A DNA stretch of 64,000 nt, taken from an uncultured Gammaproteobacteria bacterium. GTDB lineage: Bacteria; Pseudomonadota; Gammaproteobacteria; DRLM01. The position numbers and the translations under genes were made by a program. The notes beneath the pieces were generated by a model. It searched no databases. It saw only the letters and a list, made by a program, of their open reading frames with translations, and was not told the origin of the DNA. Position 1 is the stretch's first letter. The number at the start of each line of letters is the position of its first letter. Of the stretch, positions 42,298 through 53,894 are shown in pieces. Location of the stretch: NCBI GenBank assembly GCA_963729605.1, contig CAVSNY010000002.1, positions 192,001 to 256,000 of the forward strand. Reading direction: 5' to 3'.

Positions 42298-43956
42298 ATG
42301 GCAGGGGATGCGAAGGATATACAGGCGCGGTTGCGCCGGCTGCGTGAACATTACATCGAGGCTTTACCCCACAAATTGCAGATCTTGCGCGATGGCTGGG
42401 CTCGTCTGGACGGCGCCTGGGAAACGCCCAATTTAGAATCACTCATCCGTATCAGTCACAACCTCGCCGGCTCGGCGGCCAGTTTCGATTTCCCCGGTCT
42501 CGGCTCGGCGGCCCATGAACTCGAAGAACAGTTGCGCCGTTTAAACGGCGTACCCGGCACGGCCGCGCAACGGCAGGTAATGCGGGACCATGTCGATGCG
42601 CTGCTCGAAGCGGGACGGGTGGCGAGCAGTCAGGGGCCGGCGGCCGGCGTATCGCTCGTGCAAAGTGAAATCCCCCTGCCGCCGTTGTCCGATGACCGGC
42701 TGGTGTATGTGGTGGACGACGATAGCGACTCCGCCGGGCAGCTGGCCTTGCAATTACGCCGTTACGGCTACGAGGTACGGTTGTTCACCACGCACGGCGG
42801 GGTGGCGCAGGCCCTCGGGGAACAGGCCCCGGTGGCGGTGTTAATGGACATCGTCGCACCCGCCGGAGGATTGGTGGGGATGGACGTGGTCGCGGTGATC
42901 CGGCACGCCCGCGATCAACTCGTGCCGGTGATGTTCCTCAGCTCGCGTAATGACTTGGAGGCGCGTTTGCATGCCGTGCGGATCGGCGGCATGGCCTATT
43001 TCACCAAACCGGTCGAGGTGGGCGGGTTGGTGGATAAACTCGACGCGCTGCGGGAACAGCGTCCCGAAGAGTTTTATCGAGTGATGGTGGTGGACGACTC
43101 GCCGCCGATGGCCGCCTATTACGGCGCGGTATTGCGGGAACAAGGCATGCAAGTGGAAGTGGTGTCGGAACTCGGCGGCATCATCAACCTCATCGATCAA
43201 TTCCGCCCCGATCTTATTCTGCTCGACCCCCTCATGCCCGGCTGCAACGGCCTGGAGCTGGCGGCGGTGATCCGGCAGAAGGAAGATTTCATCAGCACCG
43301 CGATCGTTTATTTGTCGGCCGAGACCGATCTCGATGCCCGGCTGCAGGCCTTGTTCCGCGGCGGCGACGATTTTCTGGTCAAGCCCATCGAGCCGCGCCA
43401 TCTGGTGGCGACGGTGCGCATGCGGGTGCGCCGGGCCCGCCAACTGCGCAGCTTCATGGTGCGCGACGGCCTCACCGGCCTGCTCAATCACACCGCGATC
43501 AAGGAGCAATTGGAGCTGGAATTGGCGCGCAGTCAGCGCGAGAAACACCCCTTGTGTTTCGTGATGATCGATATCGATCACTTCAAACAGGTGAACGACC
43601 GGTACGGCCATGTGATGGGCGACCGGGTCATCAAAAGCCTGTCGCGCCTATTGCGCGATCGCTTGCGGGGTTCCGACGTGGTGGGCCGCTACGGCGGCGA
43701 AGAGGTGGCCGTGGTATTGAAAGGCACCTATGTGCACGACGCCGAACGCTTGATCAACGCGATTCGCGAGGATTTCGCCGCCATCCAGCATCCCGGGGAA
43801 GACGGTGCCTTTACCGTCAGCTTCAGCGGCGGCATCGCCAGTTTTCCCGACTACGCCGGCGCGACCGAGATGAGTGAGGCCGCCGACAAGGCGCTCTACG
43901 CCGCCAAGCGGGCCGGGCGCAACCGCATTATGGTGGCCGTACCCAACCAACTTTAA
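42298..43956 (+). CDS. Hpt-REC-REC-GGDEF diguanylate cyclase response regulator
   Basis: Hpt SHNLAGSAASF, two receiver domains, DIDHFKQVNDRYGH, RGSD I-site, RYGGEEV. Confidence 0.92.
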   Translation: MAGDAKDIQARLRRLREHYIEALPHKLQILRDGWARLDGAWETPNLESLIRISHNLAGSAASFDFPGLGSAAHELEEQLRRLNGVPGTAAQRQVMRDHVDALLEAGRVASSQGPAAGVSLVQSEIPLPPLSDDRLVYVVDDDSDSAGQLALQLRRYGYEVRLFTTHGGVAQALGEQAPVAVLMDIVAPAGGLVGMDVVAVIRHARDQLVPVMFLSSRNDLEARLHAVRIGGMAYFTKPVEVGGLVDKLDALREQRPEEFYRVMVVDDSPPMAAYYGAVLREQGMQVEVVSELGGIINLIDQFRPDLILLDPLMPGCNGLELAAVIRQKEDFISTAIVYLSAETDLDARLQALFRGGDDFLVKPIEPRHLVATVRMRVRRARQLRSFMVRDGLTGLLNHTAIKEQLELELARSQREKHPLCFVMIDIDHFKQVNDRYGHVMGDRVIKSLSRLLRDRLRGSDVVGRYGGEEVAVVLKGTYVHDAERLINAIREDFAAIQHPGEDGAFTVSFSGGIASFPDYAGATEMSEAADKALYAAKRAGRNRIMVAVPNQL

Positions 43957-44022
43957 ATCCCCTCGCTTTTTCCTCCCGCCGCGAGCGTGTAAGATTAAAC
44001 CCTTTGGCGGGGGAGTGCGGCT

Positions 44023-44568
44023 TTGGAACAGTTTCGAGGTACGACCATTTTGGCGGTGCGGCGCGGCGCGCGGGTGGTGATCGGCGGCGACGGCCAGGTG
44101 TCGTTGGGCAATACCGTGATGAAGGGCAACGCCCGCAAGGTCCGCCGCCTGTACGGCGAGCGGGTCATCGCCGGTTTCGCGGGCGGCACCGCCGACGCCT
44201 TCACCCTGTTCGAACGCTTCGAGGGCAAACTGGAGAAACACTCCGGCAACCTGGTGCGCTCGGCGGTGGAGCTGGCCAAGGACTGGCGCACCGACCGCAT
44301 ACTGCGCCGCCTCGAGGCCATGCTGATCGTGGCGGACAAGCAGAGTTCGCTGTTGATCTCCGGCAACGGCGACGTCGTCGAACCCGAGCACGACCTGGCC
44401 GCCATCGGCTCCGGCGGCCCTTATGCCCAGGCGGCGGCGCGGGCCTTGATGCTGCACACCGAGCTGGACGCGCGCGCCATCGTCGAAAAGGCCTTGTCCA
44501 TCGCCGCCGACATTTGCGTGTACACCAATCACAATCTGACCATCGAGGAGTTGGACGCGGTACAGTGA
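44023..44568 (+). CDS. hslV: ATP-dependent protease peptidase subunit HslV
   Basis: TTILAVRR...[24 protein letters not shown] start. Confidence 0.97.
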   Translation: MEQFRGTTILAVRRGARVVIGGDGQVSLGNTVMKGNARKVRRLYGERVIAGFAGGTADAFTLFERFEGKLEKHSGNLVRSAVELAKDWRTDRILRRLEAMLIVADKQSSLLISGNGDVVEPEHDLAAIGSGGPYAQAAARALMLHTELDARAIVEKALSIAADICVYTNHNLTIEELDAVQ

Positions 44569-44617
44569 AGTCCGCGCCAAGTCCCGATTTATCACCAATG
44601 ACTACCGAGTAGCCGTG

Positions 44618-45949
44618 ATGTCTTACATGACGCCCAGAGAAATCGTTCAGGAACTCGACAAACACATCGTCGGCCAGGCCGACGCCAAACGCGCGGTGGC
44701 GATCGCCCTGCGCAATCGCTGGCGCCGTTCGCAGGTCAGCGACGCGCTGCGCAACGAGATCACCCCCAAAAATATCCTGATGATCGGTCCCACCGGGGTC
44801 GGCAAGACCGAGATCGCGCGGCGGCTGGCCAAACTCGCCAACGCCCCCTTCATCAAGGTCGAGGCCACCAAGTTCACCGAGGTGGGTTATGTGGGCCGCG
44901 ACGTGGAATCCATCGTCCGCGACCTGGTGGAGGTCGCCATCAAGATGACCCGCGAGGAGGAGCTGGGCAAGGTCCGCCACCGGGCCGAGGACGCGGCGGA
45001 GGAGCGGGTGCTCGAGGCCTTGTTGCCGCGGGCGCGCACCGGTTTCGGCGCCAATCCCGACACCGCCGAAGAGAGCACCACCCGGCAGATTTTCCGCAAG
45101 AAGCTGCGCCAGGGCGAGCTGGACGACAAAGAGATCGAAATAGAAGTGAACGCCGCGCCGATCGGGGTCGAGATCATGGCGCCGCCCGGCATGGAAGAGA
45201 TGTCCGGTCAATTGCAGAGCCTGTTTCAAAACATGGGCGGCACCCGCACCCGCCGCCGCCGTTTGCGGGTGAAGGACGCGCTCAAGCTGCTCAACGATGA
45301 AGAGGCGGGCAAGCTGGTCAACGAAGACGATTTGAAGACCCGCGCCCTGCAAAACGTCGAACAGAACGGCATCGTGTTTCTCGACGAGATCGACAAGATC
45401 GCCAAGCGCGGCGAACATAGCGGTCCCGATGTCTCCCGCGAGGGCGTGCAGCGCGATTTATTGCCGCTGGTGGAGGGCAGCACCGTCACCACCAAACACG
45501 GCATGGTCCGCACCGATCACGTCCTGTTCATCGCCTCCGGCGCCTTTCACCTCGCCAAGCCTTCGGACCTGATTCCCGAATTGCAGGGCCGTCTGCCGAT
45601 CCGCGTCGAGTTGAGCGCGCTCACCGTGGAGGATTTCGTGCGCATCCTCACCGAGCCCGACGCCTCGCTCACCGAGCAATACATCGCGCTGCTCGCCACC
45701 GAGGGGTTGACGGTGCAATTCGCCGCGGACGGCATTCGCCGCCTCGCCGAGATCGCCTGGTCGGTGAACGAGCGCACCGAAAACATCGGCGCCCGCCGTT
45801 TGCACACGGTGATGGAACGTTTATTGGAAACGGTTTCGTTCGACGCCTCCGATCGCCAAGGTCAGACGCTGGTCATCGACGGCGCGTATGTGGACGCGCA
45901 GCTCGGCCAGTTGGCGGGCGACGAAGACATGAGCCGGTATATTTTGTAA
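44618..45949 (+). CDS. hslU: ATP-dependent protease ATPase subunit HslU
   Basis: [19 protein letters not shown]-terminal SRYIL. Confidence 0.98.
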   Translation: MSYMTPREIVQELDKHIVGQADAKRAVAIALRNRWRRSQVSDALRNEITPKNILMIGPTGVGKTEIARRLAKLANAPFIKVEATKFTEVGYVGRDVESIVRDLVEVAIKMTREEELGKVRHRAEDAAEERVLEALLPRARTGFGANPDTAEESTTRQIFRKKLRQGELDDKEIEIEVNAAPIGVEIMAPPGMEEMSGQLQSLFQNMGGTRTRRRRLRVKDALKLLNDEEAGKLVNEDDLKTRALQNVEQNGIVFLDEIDKIAKRGEHSGPDVSREGVQRDLLPLVEGSTVTTKHGMVRTDHVLFIASGAFHLAKPSDLIPELQGRLPIRVELSALTVEDFVRILTEPDASLTEQYIALLATEGLTVQFAADGIRRLAEIAWSVNERTENIGARRLHTVMERLLETVSFDASDRQGQTLVIDGAYVDAQLGQLAGDEDMSRYIL

Positions 45950-46146
45950 AAGGGGAGGTCCTGGCGCTGAATGTTTTCTGAAAAATCGCTTGGCAGCCAA
46001 GGCCCCAGAAAAACTTTTCTATGACGGGACATTCTCGGCGCCTTGGCGTTCAACCTGGATCAACCAGTAGTTATTAATTCATCGGGAATGAACGCCGACA
46101 TACAGCGGCGCGATGATGGCCCGTTTTTTCAGTAACCGAGAGACTC

Positions 46147-46518
46147 ATGTCAGCCGACACGCCGCGCCCCACCGACATCCGCCTGCACCGCGTCAGCCGC
46201 ATCCTGGAGCTTCGCTTCGACGACGGCGCGCATTACAAATTGCCCTGCGAATATCTGCGCGTCTATTCGCCCTCCGCCGAGGTGCGCGGCCACGGCCCCG
46301 GTCAGGAGGTGTTGCAGGTGGGTAAAGAGAATGTCAACATCACCGCCATCGAGCCGGTCGGTCATTACGCGGTCAAGATTTATTTCGACGACGGTCATAA
46401 CACCGGCCTCTATACTTGGGACCTGCTCCACAATCTCGGCGCCCATCAGCCGGCCTTGTGGCAGAACTATCTGGACGCCCTGGCCAAGGCGGGCCATCAA
46501 CGTATTCCACCGGTTTAA
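46147..46518 (+). CDS. DUF971 (GBBH-like N-terminal) protein
   Basis: [26 protein letters not shown]. Confidence 0.9.
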   Translation: MSADTPRPTDIRLHRVSRILELRFDDGAHYKLPCEYLRVYSPSAEVRGHGPGQEVLQVGKENVNITAIEPVGHYAVKIYFDDGHNTGLYTWDLLHNLGAHQPALWQNYLDALAKAGHQRIPPV

Positions 46519-46532
46519 ACGGCGCACACACC

Positions 46533-47285
46533 ATGACTGAACGCGATTCGTCCAGCTCCACCCACTTCGGTTACCGGCAAGTGGCCGCCGAGGACAAGGC
46601 GCGCCTGGTGGCGGGCGTCTTCGATTCGGTGGCGAACAAATACGATTTGATGAACGACCTGATGTCGCTGGGCGTGCATCGTTTGTGGAAGCGTTTCACC
46701 ATCGAGCTCAGCGGCGTCGCCGTCGGGCAGCGGGTGCTGGACGTGGCCTCGGGCACCGGCGACCTCGCCGCCGCCTTCGCCGCGCGGGTCGGCGGCGACG
46801 GGCGGGTGATCTCCACCGACATCAACAACGCCATGCTCGATCGCGGCCGCGATGCCTTGATCGAACGCGGCATCGTCGGCAATGTCGATTACGCCCAGGC
46901 CAACGCCGAACGCCTGCCCTTCGTTGATAACGCCTTCGACTGCGTGAGCATCGCCTTCGGTCTGCGCAACGTCACCGATATTCCCGCCGCCCTGGCCTCG
47001 ATGCACCGCGTGCTGAAACCCGGCGGCCGTTTGCTGGTGCTGGAATTCTCCAAACCGGCGGCGCCGATCCGGCCGCTGTACGATGCTTATTCAAAGATAT
47101 TGCCGTGGCTGGGCAAGGCGGTGACCGGCGACGCAGACAGTTACCGTTATCTGGTGGAATCGATTCGCATGCACCCCGGCCAGGACGCGCTCAAGCACAT
47201 GATGCTGGAGGCGGGCTTTGCTCATTGTGATTATTACAACTTGAGCGGCGGCATCGTCGCCCTGCACCGGGGCTACAAATTGTGA
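46533..47285 (+). CDS. ubiE: Ubiquinone/menaquinone C-methyltransferase
   Basis: [32 protein letters not shown]. Confidence 0.97.
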   Translation: MTERDSSSSTHFGYRQVAAEDKARLVAGVFDSVANKYDLMNDLMSLGVHRLWKRFTIELSGVAVGQRVLDVASGTGDLAAAFAARVGGDGRVISTDINNAMLDRGRDALIERGIVGNVDYAQANAERLPFVDNAFDCVSIAFGLRNVTDIPAALASMHRVLKPGGRLLVLEFSKPAAPIRPLYDAYSKILPWLGKAVTGDADSYRYLVESIRMHPGQDALKHMMLEAGFAHCDYYNLSGGIVALHRGYKL

Positions 47286-47776
47286 GCTTCGGCGAGTCCG
47301 TCCAGTACGCCGGTTTCTGGCGCCGCCTGGCCGCCTCGCTGATCGACAGCTTGATATTCGGTTTGATCATGGGCCTGATGTGGCTGCTGCTGGGCTGGGG
47401 CGGTGCGCCGCAAAACGATTTGGCGCCCGGTCCGCAAGGCTACGACGGCGTCACTTTGCTGCGCAGCCTGGCGCAGAATCTTTTCTTCGCGCTGGTGACG
47501 GTGTTTTTCTGGCTGAAATTTCTCGGTACGCCCGGCAAGCTGCTGCTGGGTTGCCAAGTGGTGGACGCGCGCGACGGCGGGTCCTTGCGCACCGGCCAGG
47601 CCTTGTTGCGTTACTTCGCTTACTTCGTGTCGATCCTGCCGCTCGGTCTGGGTTTTTTATGGATCGCCTGGGACAAACGCAAGCAGGGGTTTCACGACAA
47701 GATCGCCAAGACCGTGGTGGTGCTGGAAGACATCGCGCGCGCGCCGTTGCCGGATTTTGAAAGGGACTGGAAGTGA
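47282..47776 (+). CDS. RDD family membrane protein
   Basis: [29 protein letters not shown]. Overlaps ubiE and ubiJ by 4 nt. Confidence 0.9.
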   Translation: MSFGESVQYAGFWRRLAASLIDSLIFGLIMGLMWLLLGWGGAPQNDLAPGPQGYDGVTLLRSLAQNLFFALVTVFFWLKFLGTPGKLLLGCQVVDARDGGSLRTGQALLRYFAYFVSILPLGLGFLWIAWDKRKQGFHDKIAKTVVVLEDIARAPLPDFERDWK

Positions 47777-48402
47777 TGTTGCCGACTTTGGTGCTGGCCG
47801 GCTTGGAGAGCGCCGTCAACCGTTATCTCGCGCTCGACCCCGCCGCGCTGGCGCGCCTCGCGCCGCTTAGCGGCAAGGTCGTCGCCCTGGAATTGCGCGG
47901 CGTCAATCTGACCTTTTACATGACGCCCCATGCCGGCGGTCTGCATCTGCTGGGCGACTACGCCGGCACGCCGGACACGGTGATCCGCGGCGCGCCTTTC
48001 AGCCTGGCGCGGCTGGGCGCGGCGCGCGGCGAACGCGGCGCGGTATTCAAGGGCGACGTGGAGATCCGCGGCGATGTGGAATTGGGGCAGCGTTTCGAAG
48101 CGGCGCTGCGCGACATCGACATCGATTGGGAGGAACAACTCTCGCGGTTGGTCGGCGATGTGGCGGCCCATCAAGTGGGCGTGGCGGTGCGCGGCTTGCG
48201 CGAATGGGGCGCCCGGGGCATGGATCATCTCGGCCGCGACGGCGCCGATTATTTGCAGGAAGAAAGCGATCACCTGCCGCGCCGCGAGGAAGTGGACGCC
48301 TGGCTGGCGGCGATCGACCATCTGCGCAGCGACGCCGACCGCCTGGCGGCGCGGGTGAAACGTCTCGCCGCCGCGCGAGCACAATCCGAGAAATCCGAAT
48401 GA
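47773..48402 (+). CDS. ubiJ: Ubiquinone biosynthesis accessory factor (SCP2)
   Basis: [26 protein letters not shown]. Lies between ubiE and ubiB. Confidence 0.92.
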   Translation: MMLPTLVLAGLESAVNRYLALDPAALARLAPLSGKVVALELRGVNLTFYMTPHAGGLHLLGDYAGTPDTVIRGAPFSLARLGAARGERGAVFKGDVEIRGDVELGQRFEAALRDIDIDWEEQLSRLVGDVAAHQVGVAVRGLREWGARGMDHLGRDGADYLQEESDHLPRREEVDAWLAAIDHLRSDADRLAARVKRLAAARAQSEKSE

Positions 48403-48433
48403 CGGTCACCGTAACGGCGGCGGAATTTTTGTC

Positions 48434-50101
48434 ATGCTGATGTTTCAACCGCGCCAGCTGCTGCGCCTGCTGCACATCAACCGGGTGTTGATGCGCCACG
48501 GCCTCGACGATATCGTGCTCGCCACCCATCTGTTCCGGCCGGTGCGCTTCATCCGCTATTTTCTGCCCTGGTATTGGGTGCCCCGCGAATTGCCGCCGCG
48601 CGGCATGCGGATCCGCCTGGCCCTGGAAGAGCTGGGCCCGATCTTCGTCAAGTTCGGGCAGATGCTCTCCACCCGCCGCGATCTGATCCCCGACGACATC
48701 GCCGTCGAACTCACCAAGTTGCAGGATCGAGTGCCGCCGTTTCCCGGCGCCGAGTCGCGCGCCATCATCGAAAGCGCCCTGGGCCAATCGGTCGACGAAC
48801 TGTTTGCCCACTTCGAAGAGACGCCGCACGCCTCGGCCTCCATCGCCCAGGTGCATCTGGCGCGCCTGCACGACGGCCGCGAGGTGGTGGTGAAGGTGGT
48901 GAGGCCGCATATCCTGGAGGTGATCGCCCGCGACATCGGCCTGCTGTATGTGGTGGCCGGTCTCGCCGAACACTACTGGAGCGAGGGCCGGCGCCTGCGG
49001 CCGCGCGAAGTGGTGCGCGAATACGAAAAGACCATCCTCGACGAACTCGACCTGCTGCGCGAGGCGGCCAACGCCTCGCAGCTGCGCCGCAATTTTCAGG
49101 GATCCACGCTGCTCTACGTGCCCGAGGTGTATTGGCCTTACAGCCGCCGCCAGGTGATGGTGATGGAGCGCATTCGCGGCATACCCATCGGCGACATCGC
49201 CGCGCTGAAACAACACGGCATCGACCTCAAGCAACTTTCCGAACGCGGCGTGGAAATCTTTTTCACGCAGGTATTCCGCCACAGTTTTTTTCACGCCGAC
49301 ATGCACCCCGGCAATATCTTCGTCTCGCCGCAGGGGCAATACATCGCCGTGGATTTCGGCATCATGGGCACCTTGAATCCGGTGGACCAGCGTTATCTCG
49401 CCGAGAATTTCCTGGCCTTCTTCCGCCGCGATTACCGGCGGGTGGCCGAGCTGCACGTCTTGTCGGGCTGGGTGCCGGAGGGCACGCGGGTCGATGAATT
49501 CGAGTCGGCGATCCGCACCGTCTGCGAACCGATCTTCGAGCGGCCGCTCAAGGAGATTTCCTTCGGCCAATTGCTGCTGCGCTTATTCCAGACCGCGCGG
49601 CGTTTCAACATGGAAGTGCAGCCGCAATTGGTGCTGCTGCAAAAGACCTTGCTGCATGTTGAAGGTCTGGGCCGCGAACTTTATCCCGATCTCGATCTGT
49701 GGCAGACCGCCAAGCCGTTTCTCGAACGCTGGATGAACGAACAAGTCGGCGTGCGCGCCTTGCTGCGCGGTTTGAAGGACAACATCCCGCGCTGGGCGGA
49801 GCGCCTGCCGGAAATTCCCGCCTTGTTGCACGGCGTATTGCAACGCGCGGAAAACGGCCAGTTCAAAGTGACCAGTGATAATCCCGAATTGCGCGAAATG
49901 CACCGCAGTTTGCGGCAAGGCCAGCAGCGTTTGTACGTCGCCATCGTCGGCGCCGCCTTGGTGGTCGCGGCGGCGGTGGTGCTGGGCTTGGACGGCTACG
50001 CCCCGTTGATGGTGGGCGATGCTCCGCTGTTCACTTGGGTGCTGGGCGGCCTGGGCGGCTTGTTGCTGCTGCTGGCGTGGCCGTCGGGCGGACGGGATTG
50101 A
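48434..50101 (+). CDS. ubiB: Ubiquinone biosynthesis kinase-like protein
   Basis: [42 protein letters not shown]. Confidence 0.97.
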   Translation: MLMFQPRQLLRLLHINRVLMRHGLDDIVLATHLFRPVRFIRYFLPWYWVPRELPPRGMRIRLALEELGPIFVKFGQMLSTRRDLIPDDIAVELTKLQDRVPPFPGAESRAIIESALGQSVDELFAHFEETPHASASIAQVHLARLHDGREVVVKVVRPHILEVIARDIGLLYVVAGLAEHYWSEGRRLRPREVVREYEKTILDELDLLREAANASQLRRNFQGSTLLYVPEVYWPYSRRQVMVMERIRGIPIGDIAALKQHGIDLKQLSERGVEIFFTQVFRHSFFHADMHPGNIFVSPQGQYIAVDFGIMGTLNPVDQRYLAENFLAFFRRDYRRVAELHVLSGWVPEGTRVDEFESAIRTVCEPIFERPLKEISFGQLLLRLFQTARRFNMEVQPQLVLLQKTLLHVEGLGRELYPDLDLWQTAKPFLERWMNEQVGVRALLRGLKDNIPRWAERLPEIPALLHGVLQRAENGQFKVTSDNPELREMHRSLRQGQQRLYVAIVGAALVVAAAVVLGLDGYAPLMVGDAPLFTWVLGGLGGLLLLLAWPSGGRD

Positions 50102-50186
50102 TGGTGCGAGCCGCGATGAACGGCTGCTTTGGTCGGCGTTAAATATGCGCCGATCCGTTTTTTCGTGTGGCTTGATGGGGTTCCCC

Positions 50187-50218
50187 GGGTTTCGCATAAG
50201 GCGCTCAACCCAGACTAC
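50187..50218 (-). repeat. GTAG-type REP
   Basis: Minus strand GTAGTCTGGGTTGAGCG-CCTTATG-CGAAACCC. Confidence 0.6.
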
Positions 50219-50240
50219 ATTGCTTACCTAATTAAAAGCA

Positions 50241-51173
50241 TCACCCGCCAACCTTGTTGTACGCCAACTCAATAAATGGCTTAACTTGCTCAAACTCGCC
50301 GTCAGAGCATAGGGTGAATTCTGTATCTCCTGTTCCATAGTGACCAATTTCCGTAACATCACGATAAAATTTCGGCGGTGATTCGATATCTGCGGCACCT
50401 AGTTTCAAAAAGAGTTTGATACCTCGGCTTTGTGGCTCCATACAGACAATATTCTGCGAAATCTTGTAGGCGATGTAGAATTTCTTGGGCGCTTCCTCAA
50501 TGGCCGGATCGAGGCTCACGATGAATTCGCGGATGCTATGCATGAGCGCCTGAATGAAATTCGGCTTTCCCTCCAGATGTTCTTCAAACGTGTAGGTTGC
50601 CGTGGCGCGTACCTGCGCGGCCTTTTTGCCGGCCTCCACCATGATCGGGTTTTTCCCATTTCCCTGGACAGTAGTGGGTACCTTGGTTGCCTGAAACACC
50701 TCTTCAAGGTAAAGCGAGCCGTTTTTGAACAGTCGATACTTCCATAGCTCAATATTTGCCCCCATCACTTGAACAGCATGCAGGTCATATTTCTTATAGT
50801 TCGGCGCGATACAGATGACCCTCACATCGAGCCAGTCCACTTTGGCGCCATTTCCTAGTGCCCGTTGGACGGCAATCTCGAAATCTCCTTTGTGATCCTG
50901 AATCCAGTGCAGGTAGAAGAGGCTTTGATTGATTAACTCGGAAGACTCTACCTTCTTGTATTCAATAATAACCGGGTTATTGTCCTCCGATAACGCCAGG
51001 CTATCTATGCGCCCGGCATGCAAGGCGTCAGTAGAGAATTCTGAGGCTACCAAACGGCAATTGAAGACGGTCGCGAGGTTCTTTTCGATCAGTTTCTGCA
51101 ACTCCTTCTCGATCGAGAAATTCGTCTGTTCAACCGGCACCAAGCTGTTCCCGGACATCTCAAATAGTGGCAT
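50241..51173 (-). CDS. NucS/DUF91-like PD-(D/E)xK nuclease fused to a DUF5655-like domain
   Basis: EKELQKLIE, GRIDSLAL...VIIEYK...INQSLFY, RDVTEIGHYGTGD. AT-richer than its neighbours. Confidence 0.85.
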   Translation of the reverse strand: MPLFEMSGNSLVPVEQTNFSIEKELQKLIEKNLATVFNCRLVASEFSTDALHAGRIDSLALSEDNNPVIIEYKKVESSELINQSLFYLHWIQDHKGDFEIAVQRALGNGAKVDWLDVRVICIAPNYKKYDLHAVQVMGANIELWKYRLFKNGSLYLEEVFQATKVPTTVQGNGKNPIMVEAGKKAAQVRATATYTFEEHLEGKPNFIQALMHSIREFIVSLDPAIEEAPKKFYIAYKISQNIVCMEPQSRGIKLFLKLGAADIESPPKFYRDVTEIGHYGTGDTEFTLCSDGEFEQVKPFIELAYNKVGG

Positions 51174-51222
51174 CTTGTTCGATCCCCCGTAACGCGCGTA
51201 AGGCGTAATCAGTAAAATAAAT

Positions 51223-51345
51223 GTAGGGTGGGTTAGGCCGAAGGCCGTAATCCACCAAGCGTCGCGCAGCGACTCATCAATCAATCATCATAAGGAGCGC
51301 CTGGTGGCGCGGGTTGGTGGGTTACGCTGCGCTAACCCACCCTAC
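51223..51345. repeat. Inverted GTAG-REP doublet (REPIN-like)
   Basis: GTAGGGTGGGTTAGGCCGAAGGCCGTAATCCACCA ... TGGTGGGTTACGCTGCGCTAACCCACCCTAC. Confidence 0.8.
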
Positions 51346-51367
51346 ATTGATATCGACCGCGCGTTCC

Positions 51368-52261
51368 TTAACACGCCCGCAGCCCCTGTTCCAAGGTCGG
51401 ATAACGCAGGCGCACGCCGAGTTCGCGCAGCATCTTGCGGTTGTCCATGCGCCGCGATTCTTCGAGGTAGGACATCATCTCCGCGCTGAGTCGGGCCTTG
51501 GCCTCGGCCAGGCCGATTTGCGGCGGACGTGGCAGGCCGTGCAGGTCGGCGACGCGGTTGAAATAGTCGGTCATGGTGCTGGGGTGACCATCACTGACGT
51601 TGTAAATGCCGTGGCCGCGAAACGCCGCCGCCACGCAGATGCTCGCCAAATCGTCGGCGTGGATGCGATTGGTGTAGCCGCACTCGGCCGCGTTCAAGAT
51701 CGGCGTGCCTTGCCGGATGCGTTCCACCGGCAAACGGCCGGGGCCGTAGATGCCGCCGACCCGCAGGATGACCACCGGCGCACCGGTGCTCGCTTCCCAC
51801 TCGTGCAGAGCGGTCTCGGCGTCGAGGCGGCGGCGGGCGCGGTCCGTGCCGGGACGGGCGGGGGTCTGTTCCGTGACCCACTCGCCTCGGCAATCGCCGT
51901 ACACGCCGCTGGTGCTGATGTAGACCAGCTTGGCCGGCAGCGCGCCGGGGGCGATATGCTGCAAGAAACCGCGCAGCCGCGGATCGCTGTCGCCCTGCGC
52001 CGGCGGGGGCGCGAAGTAGAACAGCACGCCGCCGCCGGTGGGCAGCGGCGGCAGGGCGGCGGTCTGGTCCAAATCGCCCACATCGGCGATGATGCCGCGC
52101 GCGGTGAGCTGTTGCGCCGTCGCGGGATTGCGGGTGAGGGCGTGCACCGCGGCGCCGCGCGCCTGGCAGAGGGCGGCGACCCGCCGGCCGATGTCGCCGC
52201 AACCGATGATGAAAAAGGTGTTCAGGGTGTTGCTCCCGCTGGAAATGGGCCAAAATGTCAC
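51368..52261 (-). CDS. NAD-dependent epimerase/SDR (YeeZ-like), start uncertain
   Basis: IIGCGDIG, YISTSGVYGD, GIYGPGR, NRIHADD. Confidence 0.9.
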   Translation of the reverse strand: MTFWPISSGSNTLNTFFIIGCGDIGRRVAALCQARGAAVHALTRNPATAQQLTARGIIADVGDLDQTAALPPLPTGGGVLFYFAPPPAQGDSDPRLRGFLQHIAPGALPAKLVYISTSGVYGDCRGEWVTEQTPARPGTDRARRRLDAETALHEWEASTGAPVVILRVGGIYGPGRLPVERIRQGTPILNAAECGYTNRIHADDLASICVAAAFRGHGIYNVSDGHPSTMTDYFNRVADLHGLPRPPQIGLAEAKARLSAEMMSYLEESRRMDNRKMLRELGVRLRYPTLEQGLRAC

Positions 52262-52290
52262 GCTATGCCAAAGAGTATTAAGGAATCGTC

Positions 52291-53340
52291 ATGACATGCA
52301 ACGTCCGCGTGTTGACCAGCGGCCATGAATTCACCGTCGAGAGTGGTGAAAACGTGCTGGACGCCGCCCTCCGCCAGGGCCTGTCGCTGCCCTACAGTTG
52401 CCGCGGCGGCAGTTGCGGCAGCTGCAAGGGCAAACTGGTGAGCGGGGAGGTGGATTATCCGCGCGGCGCGCCCGCGGCCTTGAGCGCGGTGGAGCAGGCC
52501 ACCGGCATGGCGCTGTTTTGCCAGGCCCGGCCGCGCGGCGATCTGGTCATCGAGGTGCGCGAACCGCGCGCCGCCGCCGACATGCCGGTGAAGAAACTGC
52601 CGGCGCGCATCGCCAAAAAAGAATTCCTCGCCCCCGACGTGGTGCGCCTCTATCTCAAGCTGCCCGCCGCCGAGCGCCTGCAATTTCTCGCCGGACAATA
52701 TGTGGACTTCGTCTTGCCCGACGGCCGCCATCGCAGTTTTTCACTGGCCAACGCGCCGCACGACGACGCCTTTTTGGAACTGCATCTGCGCCATGTCGAG
52801 AAGGGCGAATTCACCGAACAGGTTTTCGAGCGCATGAAGGAAAAAGACATGGTGCGCATCGAAGGACCCTACGGTGATTTTTATCTGCGCGAGGACTCGC
52901 CGCGGCCGCTGATCTTCGTCGCGGGCGGCACCGGTTTCGCGCCGATCAAAGGGATCATCGAACACGCCTTCGCCGCCGCCGTGACCCGGCCGATGGCTTT
53001 GTATTGGGGCGCGCGGGCGCCGGTGGATTTATATCTGGACGGCCTGCCGCGGCAGTGGGCGGAGACCCACGGCCATTTCACTTACACGCCGGTGTTGTCG
53101 TCGCCCGCCGCCGCGGATCATTGGCAAGGCCGCGGCGGTTATGTGCATGAGGCGGTGGCCGGCGATCATGCCGACTTGAGCGGTTTCGATGTCTACGCGG
53201 CGGGTCCGCCCGCGATGGTCCGCGCGGCGCGCGACGCCTTTCTCGCCCGTGGCCTCCCCGCGGCGCAATTTTTCTCGGACCCTTTCGAATTCGCGCCGGA
53301 CACCTTGGCCAAGCAGCAAGCGCAGGCCCAGCAGCAGTGA
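52291..53340 (+). CDS. 2Fe-2S/FAD/NAD oxidoreductase (CDP-6-deoxy-delta-3,4-glucoseen reductase, AscD-like)
   Basis: SCRGGSCGSC...C ferredoxin domain, RSFSLAN, AGGTGFAP. Confidence 0.92.
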   Translation: MTCNVRVLTSGHEFTVESGENVLDAALRQGLSLPYSCRGGSCGSCKGKLVSGEVDYPRGAPAALSAVEQATGMALFCQARPRGDLVIEVREPRAAADMPVKKLPARIAKKEFLAPDVVRLYLKLPAAERLQFLAGQYVDFVLPDGRHRSFSLANAPHDDAFLELHLRHVEKGEFTEQVFERMKEKDMVRIEGPYGDFYLREDSPRPLIFVAGGTGFAPIKGIIEHAFAAAVTRPMALYWGARAPVDLYLDGLPRQWAETHGHFTYTPVLSSPAAADHWQGRGGYVHEAVAGDHADLSGFDVYAAGPPAMVRAARDAFLARGLPAAQFFSDPFEFAPDTLAKQQAQAQQQ

Positions 53341-53542
53341 CGGGATGCCGTAATTAAACTCGCTCAAATCGGCCGAGCATAGTCGGGGCCCGCGGCCATC
53401 CATGTCGATGGAGCTTGATGAACGTTAATCGAGTTGACGGCCCCGTTGCGATGTTGAGAGAGGTTGAATAGCCGCGTAAGCCTGGCCTCGTCCGTTCGGT
53501 ACAGAAAAATTCCGGAATACGTTCCCTCTCCCGGGCGGGGAG

Positions 53543-53763
53543 AGCGCCTATTTCAACGCCGAATATCCCTATAACTCCCGTTTTAAATCGCAGCGAGGGG
53601 GCGCAGCCGTCAGGGTGAGGGGAGAGAGGCGCACGGGTAGTGATGACTATTCTTTCAGCGCCCTCTCCCCCACCCCTCTCCCGCTTGCGGGAGAGGGGGC
53701 AAGAATTACGCATCAGTCCAAGTCCGGGAGGTATATCCAAGCTCCAATCTTGAAATAGGCGCT
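53543..53763. mobile_element. 221-bp MITE nested in a REP palindrome
   Basis: Perfect 14-bp TIRs AGCGCCTATTTCAA / TTGAAATAGGCGCT. Contains CCCTCTCCC-family REPs. Confidence 0.7.
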
Positions 53764-53894
53764 AGATGGGGAGGGGCCTAATTCGTTACTGCGCATCGTC
53801 CCGGCTCGCAAGCCGGGATCCGGCGACCCGCGCGGGCGAACCGTGAAACACGCGACCGCGCCGCACTAGGTCCGCATCATTCATCGCTAGCGCT

